DNA of 62,398 nucleotides, counting the filler, from Sphacelaria rigidula (taxonomy: Eukaryota), in NCBI GenBank assembly GCA_964200075.2. It is 6 parts of 6 records of this genome, joined end to end, with 100 filler letters (N's around TTAATTAATTAA, not from the genome) between each part and the next. Parts side by side here need not be neighbours in the genome. Positions count along the whole stretch, not along the records: positions 41,668 to 51,983 come from CAXNAA020006735.1; positions 52,084 to 62,398 come from CAXNAA020006736.1; 4 more parts are not named here. One strand, given 5' to 3'. The notes beneath the pieces are model-generated. The model searched no databases. It worked only from the letters and a program-made list of their open reading frames with translations, and was not told the origin of the DNA. Within the stretch, counting starts at the first letter, position 1, and the number at the start of each line of letters is the position of its first letter. The translations under genes and the position numbers were made by a program. Positions 50,901 through 62,398 of this stretch are shown in pieces.

Positions 50901-51447
50901 TCGGTGAGACACTGTATGCACTCAAATTTAGGAGAGGGCGAGTAGGTCGTATATTCGGCGTCTAGGGTCCCCCAGGACAAGATTCTGGCTACAAAGCTAC
51001 TTGTGCTGCTTACGTTCGAGCATTGGCACAGCACTTCGGCACTCCGGGGGCCCGCAGAGCTGCCGCTGCAGTGTTCACGTTTTTGCCTGCCAGACACCAT
51101 GTAAAGCAACCCTCCATCACATGTTCGCTGCACCTGCCCCTATCGAGAACCCTACATTGACTGTTGTGCCGGTTTTATGTTTTTCGCAGAAATTCGCAAT
51201 GCTCACAGCTCTTTTGGCCGTGAAGCTATTTAGGCCCGCCCACAAATTGAGTGACGACGTGCGACTGTCAGACGTGCTTCTTGCATGGGTAGGGGAGGTG
51301 CTGTCCGAGTATGGTATCGGAGAGAGCGACCTCTTCAGCAGCGGGACGGATGGAGGAGGGTCCGACGTGAGGCGTCTATGCGTGAAAGTCATGACGGTAT
51401 CATGGGAATGGTGCTTGCCTCACGTGCTCGACTGTGCGCTAGTGGAG
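47941..51447 (+). pseudogene. Intron-containing hAT transposase pseudogene (BED finger plus N-terminal part of the DDE domain)
   Basis: Exons ~47941-48132; 48404-48677 (W…ASESCR…STGNATRHLASVH, BED finger); 50306-50682 (GITSTKT…VHANFDLCTS…NEKYL, first catalytic D); 51190-51447 (EVLSEYGI…TDGG…WEWCLPHVLDCALVE, second D and CxxH). GT-AG junctions; the H-G codon is split in phase across 48677/50306. Contains stops and frameshifts. Confidence 0.85.
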
Positions 51448-51913
51448 GTGAGACTGTCTAAATGTACTTAGTTTGTGTTTTTTCTTTCAGATGGGTGAAA
51501 GTTATATTTTTCGACTGATGCTGATATGAAGTGATGGTATCGCAGTATCCTCCTGGCTGCACCTTAACGCGTGTCGGAGTTGAGGATGGGCATCATATTG
51601 CGTTGCCACGAAACGCTCGTTGTCTTTCGAGATATCGTTTTATCTGCTCTGAAAGCGTGTATCGACAGCAATCGTGTGGCATGTGCTCGGGCACACTATG
51701 AAAAAGCCTTCGAACCTCGAAGGAAGCCGCGGGAAGGATATGGGAATATAAATCCCGCCACTTTGTTTCTGCCGCGACAGCGCTGCATGCAGTGCCTCGT
51801 CAAATATCGATGGTCTCATTTCGTGCGGCGGTCACGCTGTGAGCAGCGCACTGTCGACTGTAGAGTTACGACACTTGATTTTCAATACTGCACGTCGAGT
51901 CTTCTCTCCACAG

Positions 51914-51956
<43 letters not shown>

Positions 51957-51983
51957 CACAAAAAAAAACCAACAGACGTCTCC

Positions 51984-52083
51984 NNNNNNNNNNNNNNNNN
52001 NNNNNNNNNNNNNNNNNNNNNNNNNNNTTAATTAATTAANNNNNNNNNNNNNNNNNNNNNNNNNNNNNNNNNNNNNNNNNNNN
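51984..52083. other. Artificial scaffold spacer
   Basis: Same linker; preceded by a long poly-C tract. Confidence 0.97.
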
Positions 52084-52624
52084 CCAGATCCGGCTGTACA
52101 GATATGGAAGTTTCGGGGCTCCTGCGAACTTACCCCTGTATCAGCCGTTCACTAGGTTACACGTCATAAAAGGATATCTCTCCGCACATGCCCAAATGGC
52201 GATCTCCACATATATGTACGTATGCTACACAAGCTCTATGAACATCGCAGTCTTCCCATCATCGATGAATGTTGCAGCGAGAATGATATTTTGAATGTAC
52301 AAGGAGTCGCAGCAGCGACTTAAGCGCCTTTCCTGAGCTTGCCCTCTGCCTCGGTGCGTTGGTCGTTATATTCTATTGGGTATTTGTGAAACTCCACCAG
52401 GATTCACATCTTATGTTTCCGCGTGTGTTATCCGCAATCCATGCCATTCTCCAATACATTATCTCAAATATAGACTCAAATGAGATCTTGTTGTTGTAGA
52501 GTCCATTTTTTATCCACTTTCGTCTCCACTCAGATTATGTCACGCGGAATGAATCGAGGCTTCCTTGAACAGGACTGACTAAGATTCTGGCGATTGGTGT
52601 ACTCACCACCTTCTGTGCCCCCCT

Positions 52625-52835
52625 TGTAGTTCGTGAGAGGACCGCGTTCTTAGAGGACCGCGCCGTAGTTCAAAACACGTCAGGATCGACGTTTTTCAAA
52701 ACCAATCGGGTCAGTCCCTGGAGGTACCACACCCCTGACCATAACCCTAACACTAACCCTGACCCTAACCCTAACCGTAGGGATGTTCAAATTCCGATGC
52801 GGTCCTCTAAGCACGCGGTCCTCTCACGCATTACA
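52625..52835 (+). mobile_element. Telomeric-repeat-bearing MITE, complete copy
   Basis: ~37-bp TIRs TGTAG…/…TTACA; internal CCCTAA/CCCTGA array; flanks CCCT / CCGT (TSD with one mismatch). Confidence 0.93.
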
Positions 52836-55800
52836 CCGTGCCCCCCCTTGCGGTGTTGGGTCATCCTCCGCGATACAGCCAGAACGAATGAGACAAGTGT
52901 AGGGAGGAACGGCGACTGGCGGGGGTGACGAACGTAAACATACGTCTATGAGCACCTATACATGTCGTACCAATCAAATAAGCCACTGGCTAGATAGACT
53001 CGTATGTACCACATGTATATGACGCGAATATGCCCGAGTGAGATCTCTGTGCATGTGTACTCGCGGGTGACCACTGGGTTTCCTGTAACCTGGATTTCGG
53101 ACGTTACAGACCTTGCACAACGTCTGTAACGTCCAAATTTCAGGCTACAGTCACCCCAGTGGCCACCCGTGTGGTGTTGGATCGTTTGCAAGTACGGTCA
53201 GATTGAGGGTTGGGCCAATCACGTAGTCGAGACTGTATCATGACAGATGTACCGCATACAGCACGAGACGCCCACACCGTCCCATTTTCTTGCTTGCTTT
53301 TTGGGTTTGGAAGCTCGGGAGGAGCCGTTGGTGCATGGTGTTGGTGTGAGTGGTGAGTGGATAGTAGATGATTGAATATAAAAAATATAAGAGACTAATG
53401 CCGAGATAGCCCCCCACAAAAAGTGCACCGGCACCATCCAACGAACCGGCTGCGATCCCATTATTGGGCCCGTTTGCAGCAACTTCGGCTACATGAGAGG
53501 CGTGTAGCAGTCCGAAATCAGCTATGACGCCCAAATCAGTCGCGTCGTGCAGCACGAAACCAGCTTTAACGATAGTGATGATCATCGCCTCCGTGCACAT
53601 TTTTGGCCGGTTTGGGGAGGGGGGCTACCTCGGCAGTAGTCAAGAATATGGTATACTTCCCCTCTTTCGAGTCTCCTCGGTGCACGGAGCCGTCAATTAC
53701 GCTAGCGAGTTTAGAGATCTTCGCAGAAACTAGCACCCCAGAAACTTAGGAAGCCTATCGTTGAGTAGAAAGTACAGGCTGGTTCATGGTGATCACCCAA
53801 AATTGTGTCACCAGCAAATGCCTTGCGCAATACGCACCCAATAGTCGCATATATGGTATCATACTGACTGCAATAAAGAGACGAAGAGCGTGACATAGCC
53901 GGATTTTTGTTTGAGGCCGTAGCGGTGGCGCTATGGACGAAAATATGTCTCGGCCAATCAGCGCCCCTCAAACTGTTCCGAGATCGAAATTACCAAAATC
54001 AAGCCCAATTTTTACCCAATCTCTACATGATTCAAACCGCAGTAGCCGTCATCGACACGGGAATCTAACGACAAAAGCATATTTTTAAAACGGTTACTAC
54101 GGGGGTCGAATTATACCCGAAACCGTGATGTTTCGGTGATGTCGGGTGTTGGCCTCGTCTAATTTCCACTATGATACGCACGGGAGACTGTGATGGTGAA
54201 CGACTGAGTGCCTGAATTAAACTAGTTCTTTGGGGATGCAGATGATCCCCAAAAACAACCGGCGGGTATGGAAAGATTCTAGTCGAATGTGTGTTGTGGT
54301 AAGGCAGGATTTGGATTGTTTTTAATTAATGACGCAGCTGGTTCAAGGCAGATAGATTGTACCCGATTAGCCGCGCGTACCTGCTGCTACTACAGCGTTG
54401 TTTGGCTAAAGGCACAGCACGTCACGGTGGTTTTATATTATGACGAGGTTGTAAGCGGGGCAGACGGACGTACCGATAGAATAGCTGCCCCCAGCTGTTC
54501 CACACACCTGTCTCACTCGAACACACCGACCGACTTACAAGCACCTATTGGATAAAGAAGAGCTTTTTAACCATCACCTACCATCTTCCGTCTCTCCGCC
54601 TCCACGGTCGCGAGCCACAACATTGACGTTATTCTAAGCTGTGCTGTACTTCTACCCTCATCCACGTTTGATATTGTATTCTGGCCTCGGGGCTGTGTGG
54701 TTTTCCCCTTTGACAGCTGGGCTATTGTATGGAGAGATTGAAACTGCAGTTTGAGTCTAGCAAGTTGAATCAGGATTGCTTGCTGACACCTCACAAGGAT
54801 GTGGCTTGCTTTCGTTCGACATATACGGTTTTACTGCTCGCGGTATTGCCCATACCGCCACATCATGGGGCTTCAAAGGTAGGTTTGTTTCATTCAAGCT
54901 GTACGGTTTTTCTTTTTCGGTCGGCCGCTGTCTATATACAGCCAAACACCAGCTCACGGTTTTCTCTCCAAAACCTTGTATTTTCGGCCCTTGTTTTCAC
55001 TTGGTATTTGTGTTCACGATTTAGAGGTGTAATACACCAAGCTAATTAGACAGCTTCTTAGACAGCTGTCTCTCTTTTACTCGGAGTTTAACAGACATCT
55101 CGACTCGAGTCAGCAGCAGGTGTTCGATGCGAGTCCCCACGTTGGTTTCAGGCAATGGCGACCAAACCATGAGGCGCTTCAGGTACGAACCCACACCCAA
55201 GACCTCTTTTGCTGCACAAGCATATTTCTTGCAACATGCAGGTCATATCCGAGGTACAAGCCAACCCACGGTGGCGGATGCGCTCTCTCTGGTAACGTTA
55301 TACATTGCACAGAGAATGCATAGCGTTTTCATGCACACTCGATCTGATGTGCTGTGTCCTTTTTCACCTACGGGCGGTTCTCGGATAATAAAGCCGCTCA
55401 CACGCTCCTTGTTTAGATACGCCCCTCACGGGCCCGTAGCCTTTTCAACGCCCCCCCGACCACCTGCCCCCGCAAGCGCCCCTGCTCACAGTCCGTCGAC
55501 TCTGTATCAACCGAATCGACCGATATGTGTCCCAACACACGCCGATTCAAGCTTGCAGATAGGGAGTTCGCGGGCTATTTCAATCACCGCCCGCTGTGCA
55601 TACCATTTCTCTTGCCCAAACACGGAACGTTGATCCACCATGCGCACCGAATTATATCGATGCGACAGGATGGACTCGGACTAAAGATGTTGCATGTAAA
55701 CGAGCATGATTGAACACGGCAAGGCGCGAGGCTCGTGTTACTTGTACACAAGCTCTCGACTCTGTGCCCTTTTCATTTTCTCACGGCACCAGGGCACACT

Positions 55801-55836
55801 AAAGTTTGATTGCCGCCCCACCAACACGTACTACAG

Positions 55837-56041
55837 TGTAATGCGTGAGAGGACCGCGTGCTTAGAGGACCGCATCGGAATTCAAACATCCTTGGGGTTG
55901 GGGTTGGGGTTAGGGTGAGGGTTATGGTCAGGGGCGTGGTACCTTCAGGAGCTGACCCAATTGGTTTTGAAAAACGTCGATCCTCAGGTGTTTTGAGCGA
56001 CGGCGAGGTACTCTAAGCACGCGGTCCTCTCACGCATTACA
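55837..56041 (-). mobile_element. Telomeric-repeat-bearing MITE, complete copy
   Basis: TIRs TGTAATGCGTGAGAGGACCGCGTGCTTAGAG / CTCTAAGCACGCGGTCCTCTCACGCATTACA; perfect TSD ACAG. Confidence 0.95.
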
Positions 56042-57954
56042 ACAGTACATACTTGATCGTCCAGAAGGCCGCGTACCTTTCGCGTTGAAATATTGTTCCA
56101 AACTGAAGTACTGACCACAGTACAGTACCGTCGGACTTCCAAATGGTCTCGGCGGGCACTATGTTGCGGACGGTGAGGTGCCGTGCTGTAGCATACGTTG
56201 GTACCGTGAACTATCTGAACGACGTCATCTACATTGTATTGTAGATATGAAGACGACACGAGTATAACGTTGTGTCGGGTTTTTTTCACGTGATACGAAC
56301 AAATTGACATCGTACTGCACTGCCGACCATCCCCGCTGCACCACGCGAAGATCATATATGTACTGTACTGTGCCACATAGCATTTCGCTGTCTGGTGCTT
56401 TGTACGCTGCTGTTGTACTGCACTACATATTTGTATTACGGTTGCGCTTGTACATTTATTGACTGTTTACCTGCACGATGATACGCCATCGACCCCCGAC
56501 TCGGCTATTTTCAGCGAACTACGCGGTACTGTAATAAGTATCGCCAGCTGCGCTGGTATTGCCTCTGGAAACACGGCATCCGGTAGTTATTTTTTTTCTC
56601 AGCCTCAACGTGTTCTCAAAATAGAACTGAGCGAGTTGACGTTGCTGTTTGCTGCATCCTACAGGTCTATTCCTTCGTGGCATGCAGGTTTGTTAATGCG
56701 CTGTTGCGCTGGTGCCAGACACTGTATCTCTGTTGATTGTGACGACCTTCGTTTTCTTGTCTCTTGCTGTTACAATTTATTCCAACACACACACACACAC
56801 ACCTACGGTTTGTTGTGTGCCTTCGACACATTTGTTTTCCTTTCTTCTGCGCCTGATTGAAAAGGTGGTAGACCTCATGCATGTGCGGAGTGCGCAGACC
56901 TCCATGTCGATCCAAAACTGTCGACAGTACCCTGCCATTCTATTCCTTTTATTTTGGTTCACTCCGCCTCAGTCCACAACAACTATGCTGTCTCCCACGA
57001 CGGAACGTTCACTTTTCAACCCCCGCATCTCTACGTTAACGATCTGGCGCAATTGCGCAGGTGTACAAGCCATGTCTGATATCAACCGCCCTTCGACTTC
57101 ATCGAAGCACGATGTCACGAAGGACGGGTCGCTCCCTACAGACAATGGTGAACAACCGTACAAATCAACCACGCGTAGTGCGCCGAGTGACCAAAATATA
57201 CCAGAACGTCGTGACATTGATGATAGCGTCGTTGCAGGACGTATTTTCAGGGACATGAATGTAGATGAAGACAATCCTCCTCCACATGCTCACCCTGATC
57301 CCGTCGGTGCCTACTCCCCTGTACACCGACCAGCCACTCAAAGCGCTGACGGTGCTCCCACTCTTCTTTGTCAGATGGCATCACTCCACGTGAGCCCTGA
57401 TGCTACGAAAACCTTCCCTGACGATGACCTCCGCACCCAAACCGGTGCTGAACCCTCTGATCGCCCCACTCTGGCTTTTGATACGTCGTCCAAATTGGAA
57501 CAATACCTGCCCACGCGTGACGAAACACACGACCGGCTTCGGCAAAAACGTCTAGCCTTCATTCCCCCGCGCCATTGGTACAACGTTTCAGAGACTGAAC
57601 AGACAGCGTGCTGGAACCAGATCCACAGCAATGATCTAACACACATTGAACTTGAGCACAGAGAGTTGGAGTTTGCCCGCCTACAGGTATCTACAAGTGT
57701 CCAGGAGCCCGATCAGGTCTCCCATAATGTAGATGTTCACCCCGAGAAGAACCCAACGGAACAGAATGAACTAGAACGCGCGATACGCGAATCCACGAAG
57801 GCTCTGGAAATTGCGGAGAAAGAGTATAAGCTGCTGACAAAAAGATACTCGGAAGCTTCGCTCCATTTTGAACTATGTTCGCAAGTCTGGCAATCACAAC
57901 CGCGTTCGTATGGTCGCCTGCTCCGCCCCAGAAGCGACAACTGATGCACCGCCT

Positions 57955-58165
57955 TGTAATACGTGAGAGGACCGCGTGCTTAGAGGACCGCATCGGAATT
58001 TGAATATCCCTAGAGTTAGGGTTAGGGTTAGGGTTAGTGTCAGGGTTATGGTCAGGGGCGTAGTACCTCCATGGACGGACCCGATTGGTTTTGAAAAACG
58101 TCGATCCTGAGGTGTTTTGAAGTACGGCGCGGTCCTATAAGCACGCGGTCCTCTCACGCGTTACA
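57955..58165 (-). mobile_element. Telomeric-repeat-bearing MITE, complete copy inside the Ty3 5' region
   Basis: TIRs as above; internal (TTAGGG)n-like array; perfect TSD GCCT. Confidence 0.95.
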
Positions 58166-59011
58166 GCCTGACCCACCTGACCTGGCGCACTTTCAACCAC
58201 ATGCACCGGCCCATTCACAGAACGGTAGACGTTTACACATGAGTAGACCTAGTGCCGCGGCTGAACCCTGCCAGGGCGGTACCCACACAACACTGATGCT
58301 CACCTCACAACTTGACAACTTTTTGGGAACGTTCAACAAGTTGAGGAGATTCCAAATGGCATACAGTGGAGTAACCCAGGACGCGTTGCTTAGCCCAAAA
58401 CCTAAGCGCCGCACCTGCTTGTTTTTTTTTTCTACTTCTGTAAGTCATTTCTCATTAGTTGGTACAATCCCACAATTAGAAATAAACAAAGACCGGTAAT
58501 TCACTGCAGAAGGACCCAACAATTTTATGTCAACCATTTTGTTTCGCTCGGCCAGGTCACACATCACACGCACGAATCAGCGGTGGCTACCGCGGGTTCA
58601 ACCATGTGGTGTGGGTTCCCTGGATATGCTAACACTGCCTTGAAGGGTTCCAAGACAGTCGAAGCCCGTGCACCGTTGCATGGCTATCAATTGAGCAGTG
58701 ACCAAACCGAACGTTTTAACGCTGGATTTGATCACCCAGTTTTACATTCATCAGGTACTAATCATATTCAGTCGAACCCCCTCCCTTCAAAGGAGAGGAA
58801 GTCATGTAGTGCAGTTTCTCACGCATCAGGAGCCGAAATATCTTCTGGTACGATAGACACTGCTGCCCCGACTGTTCATCGGAGAACACAAAATTCGAAG
58901 CCACACACTCAAGCACCCCCCAACTGCTGAAGTGCACGGCTAATCACCCTACCGAGTTCTGCAAAAACTACGGTACCCGGTTCCCTTTTATTTGATGAGC
59001 GTAATTATTAC

Positions 59012-62000
59012 TTGAAGGGTCGCAACCGCAAAGAACCCATGTTTTCCGTCGCTCAGCGGGTTGGAATGGAACCCCAAGTGACAGCGACTCAGGTGGTGCG
59101 CCAAGAGCGTGACCTAGGTTTGACTGTCCAAGAACTCAATTCAATAGCTCCTGGAGCCGCCGACCCTTTCGTGCGCTACACGCGTCACCATAGGTGGGGC
59201 CCTCCAGATGATCATGTAGATAACCCTGATGTAGCAAGCGCACGTGAACTCCAAGGAAGAGATTGCGTGTGGGCTCAGACAGATGAAAACCTTAGAGTGG
59301 AACAGGTCGGTACTCCCCAGATTTCGAACAGATCGTTACTGATCCCTGACCACCCCGCGTGCACTGCGGTAGGACCCATTTCCAATGAAGCGTTGCCGTC
59401 TGTAGGGACAGAGACTTCGCCGACTCATGGACGTTCGCATCCTAGTCATGAAGGCACATCGATCGTATGTTCGTCACCAGGCAAACAAAGTGCTACGCAA
59501 GACGACTCGTCTCCTAACTCGCCCACGTTGGCCCCTTTAATAGACGCCGGGTTGAACAGTACAGCTTTACCAACTCCGCGTCGTGACGAATCGTCTCCAA
59601 AACCTCCCATGTTGGCCCTAACTAGTGATGGTATTGAGTTGATTGGCGTATCAAGTTCTACACCGCGCCCCGATGAATCGTCCCCTGTTCTGGCTTAGCT
59701 GGATAATGTAATTGATCCCGCTTTGCACATTGACGATTCGCCCCCTCTGTTGGCCAATAAGGGTGAAACACCACGCACAAACCAGTTGTCGGATCCAACC
59801 ACGACAACTGCCCTTCACCGGCATCGCCCCTCCGTTGCAGTATGTGAGATTCAACCCTCGACTGATGAGACAAATATTGCAGGTACAAACATTGACACTC
59901 CATGCACACACCATCCCTCCGACCAAAAGTTTGTCCCACAGGATCATCACCGGGTATACTTTAGCACCTTCGTTCAAAACGCAAAGCAGGATGTGTCAAA
60001 TGTCGTACCCGAATTCGGGCCCGATCTCGTCAGTGGTACTGTAACTCTGGGTGATGCGTCTTTTACGACCAAGATAGGTTTACATAGTGGAGCGCGTGCA
60101 AGCTGTCATTTGATAGCTCTTGCACTACCAGACTCTGGTCCGCCTCAAACGTTCATCACAGCCAGCTGCTGGCAACAGATGATCAACGTGGGCGCAGCGG
60201 ACGAGCATTGTCTGTCCACCGTGCACCCCCGTGTGTTCGGTGGCTTCGGTTCCTCCATATGTCTTACGGTCAACCAATCGGTGAGACTAAGTGTACAATT
60301 CTACCAGGATACTACTCCCACTGCTAGGTTGTCCGCATGGGCACTAACTGTGCCCGACGGTTCCATGTCTTTTGATGTTTTGTTGGGTCGAGATAGTTGG
60401 CTTCGTTTTTCCACACGTACGTACGCGACGGACACACCTGTCCCGAACCGTCCAGTCACAGGCGAACTGTCACTGGTTCACTTCGACATTGATTCGGGAG
60501 CTCATGCTTATGAGGATGACCCCACGCAAACAGGTGATGCTTTCCGTCTGTACGATGTTGGTGAACCTGTAGTCTCGCTTTCTCGTGAATCCTAACTAAT
60601 TCAAGTGAAGCTCGTGAGACGCAATGGATCGCCCGCCCTCACAGGACATTGTTATTTGGTCGAGTTGCTCAAACCTGACCAAGCACAGGTTGGTCCGTTT
60701 GAACAGACCGAAGTCTTTGTCCACGAAGGTAGGCAGGCCATTTTCCTCACGTCCCCTGCATGTTTCGATATACTCAACGGTCAGTTGTTGGGTTATGCTC
60801 AAGCGCCTGTCATACGAACCGCCCTGTCAGATGTGTGCCCCCCGGCGAACAACAACTCGCCGACCGAGCCCCCGAAATCCCCGGGCCCCCCTCCGCTACA
60901 CATGCCTGACCCCATGGTGGTGAAAAATCCACCGGATACGCCTGACCCTCAACCCCCGACTGCATTACTGGATATATTTTCTCCAGAATAACGCGCCAGT
61001 TTTCAAAAGTTGTGGGATGACATTCCCCCTCACTTACGGCATATTGTTTTTGATTTATCTGGCGATGGTTGGACACCCACTGCAATCGATAGATTGAGAT
61101 CCATCTTGATTAGATACTCTGAACGGTTTTCTACTGCACCCTTGGATTTCGGTCGATGTACCACGACACCGTTTAAGATCAAGATTCCTGATGGCACTCC
61201 GCCTATCGCTATGCGTCCGTACCGTACGAGCCCCCTCTTAGCGGATAAGATCCAGGTAATTCTCGATGGTTACTTATCGGCCGGTTTGATTCGGCAGTCG
61301 ACGTCTCCGTGGGCCTCGCCTTTAGTAGTCGTCCGAAAGAAGAATGGCAAAATCAGACTGACGGTCAATTATCAACGATTGAACGCTGTCACCAAAATCG
61401 CCCGGCTATCACTTCCACGGATTGATGAAATTATTGACTCTCTTGGCGGGGGTAAAGCACTTTCGAACTTTGACATGCAGCCCGGTCACCACCACCTCGT
61501 GATGAATCCCAATTCCATTGAACTGACAGCGTTTTGCAAGCCATCAGGTTTGTACGAGTGGTTGGTTACACCATAAGGTGCCGCCGGCGCTCCAGGTGCG
61601 TTTCAACGTGCGATGTACCGTGTAACTGATGGATTGCCCAAATGCCATATGTACCTTGATGATGCCGTGTGCCACGACTCCACACCGGCTGAACACCTCG
61701 AACAGTTGGCATCATTCTTCAATCGGTTTGAACAACACAAGTTGAAACTCGCCCCCTTCAAATCCCGCATTGGCGCCACGAAGATTGAGTTCTTGGGTCA
61801 TTGCATCACCCGCGAAGGTCGTAGCCCGAACCTCGACAAGGTCCCCGCACTCTCCGATATGCCCATGTCACGGGACATCTCTCAACTGTGTTCCTTGTTG
61901 GGAGGTCTAAGCTACTACAGACAGTACTTGCCAAACCTTGCCCAAAGCTAAAATCCCTCACCACCCTCCTCAAAAAAGGGGTGAAATTTGTGTTCACATT

Positions 62001-62398
62001 GGAAATGGAAAAAACCGTCCGCCGCCTCCTTGACACCCTTTCGCGCCCGCCGATTCTCGTCTTCCCGACTGGTCGGCCGCGGAGCAGGGTTCCCGCCCTT
62101 TCCGGCTCCACACAGATTCTTCCAACATTTGGTTTGGCTGCACATTCGAACAGGAGCAAGTCGATGCTACTGTTCGTCCCATTGTCTATCTGAGTCGCAC
62201 CACTTTTCCGAATGAACAGAATTGGTCTGTCATGGAACAAGAGGCCGGCGCAGTTGTTTGGGGCGTGCGACGTCTGCGTCAGTATTTGTATGACATCCCG
62301 TTTTTTATTTATACCGATCACAAGTCTTTGGAAAGCCTTGCCAAAATGGCGGAACACAACGCTAGGGTCCAACGCTGGTTCGAAATCCTGTCGTCTTA
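59012..62398 (+). pseudogene. pol: pol polyprotein (protease-RT-RNase H) with premature stops and frameshifts
   Basis: ORFs 59012, 59723, 60605, 61010 and 61613 share one frame. Protease ALPDSGPPQTFI…DVLLGRD; RT SPWASPLVVVRKKNGKIRLTVNYQRLN and MYLDD; RNase H EQEAGAVVWGVRRLRQYLY…IYTDHKSL. Confidence 0.95.

Larger units (their letters stand above)
57072..62398 (+). mobile_element. Decayed Ty3/gypsy LTR retrotransposon, truncated by the scaffold end
   Basis: A 5' ORF (ATG at 57072, within ORF 56712-57944) with a helical E/K-rich end precedes pol. LTR and PBS not confidently delimited (possibly within 56050-56900). Confidence 0.9.

Noticed and set aside
52100..52600. Copia RT fragment (…IILAATFIDDGK on the minus strand)
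   Set aside because: A single weak motif without supporting neighbours.
54120..54215. C/D-box snoRNA
   Set aside because: Boxes are imperfect (GTGATG, CTGA), with no terminal stem or recognisable rRNA guide.
56712..57944. 410-aa host gene
   Set aside because: The N-terminus runs through a CA microsatellite from a non-ATG start. It lies directly upstream of Ty3 pol in the same orientation and is better explained as the retroelement 5' ORF.
58010..58060. True telomere (also ~810-855, 32005-32050, 52735-52777, 55890-55935)
   Set aside because: Short degenerate arrays enclosed within MITE TIRs, not at scaffold ends.

Overview
Repeat-rich eukaryotic DNA at roughly 50% GC with GT-AG introns and TTAGGG-type motifs. 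A stramenopile, probably a brown alga, is my inference only. The window is not one locus: five identical 100-bp spacers (44 N + TTAATTAATTAA + 44 N) join six size-sorted scaffolds of 10317, 10317, 10317, 10316, 10316 and 10315 bp. I found no intact host gene. Contents: two decayed Ty3/gypsy elements (1-3035 minus, ~57072-62398 plus), a probable very old Ty1/copia, a spliced hAT transposase pseudogene, two hAT 3' fragments, several MITEs, tandem repeats, long palindromes and tRNA-like (SINE-head) sequences. Two observations stand out. (1) A decayed TnpB/Fanzor-type C-terminus (4510-4778) overlaps a run of four tetraloop hairpins (GUAA, UUCG, GCAA, GAAA; 4710-4797), a candidate omega-RNA scaffold. 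(2) Five copies of a ~205-bp TGT...ACA MITE with 4-bp TSDs carry internal telomere-like repeats. All calls were made by eye; no searches or folding programs were run.
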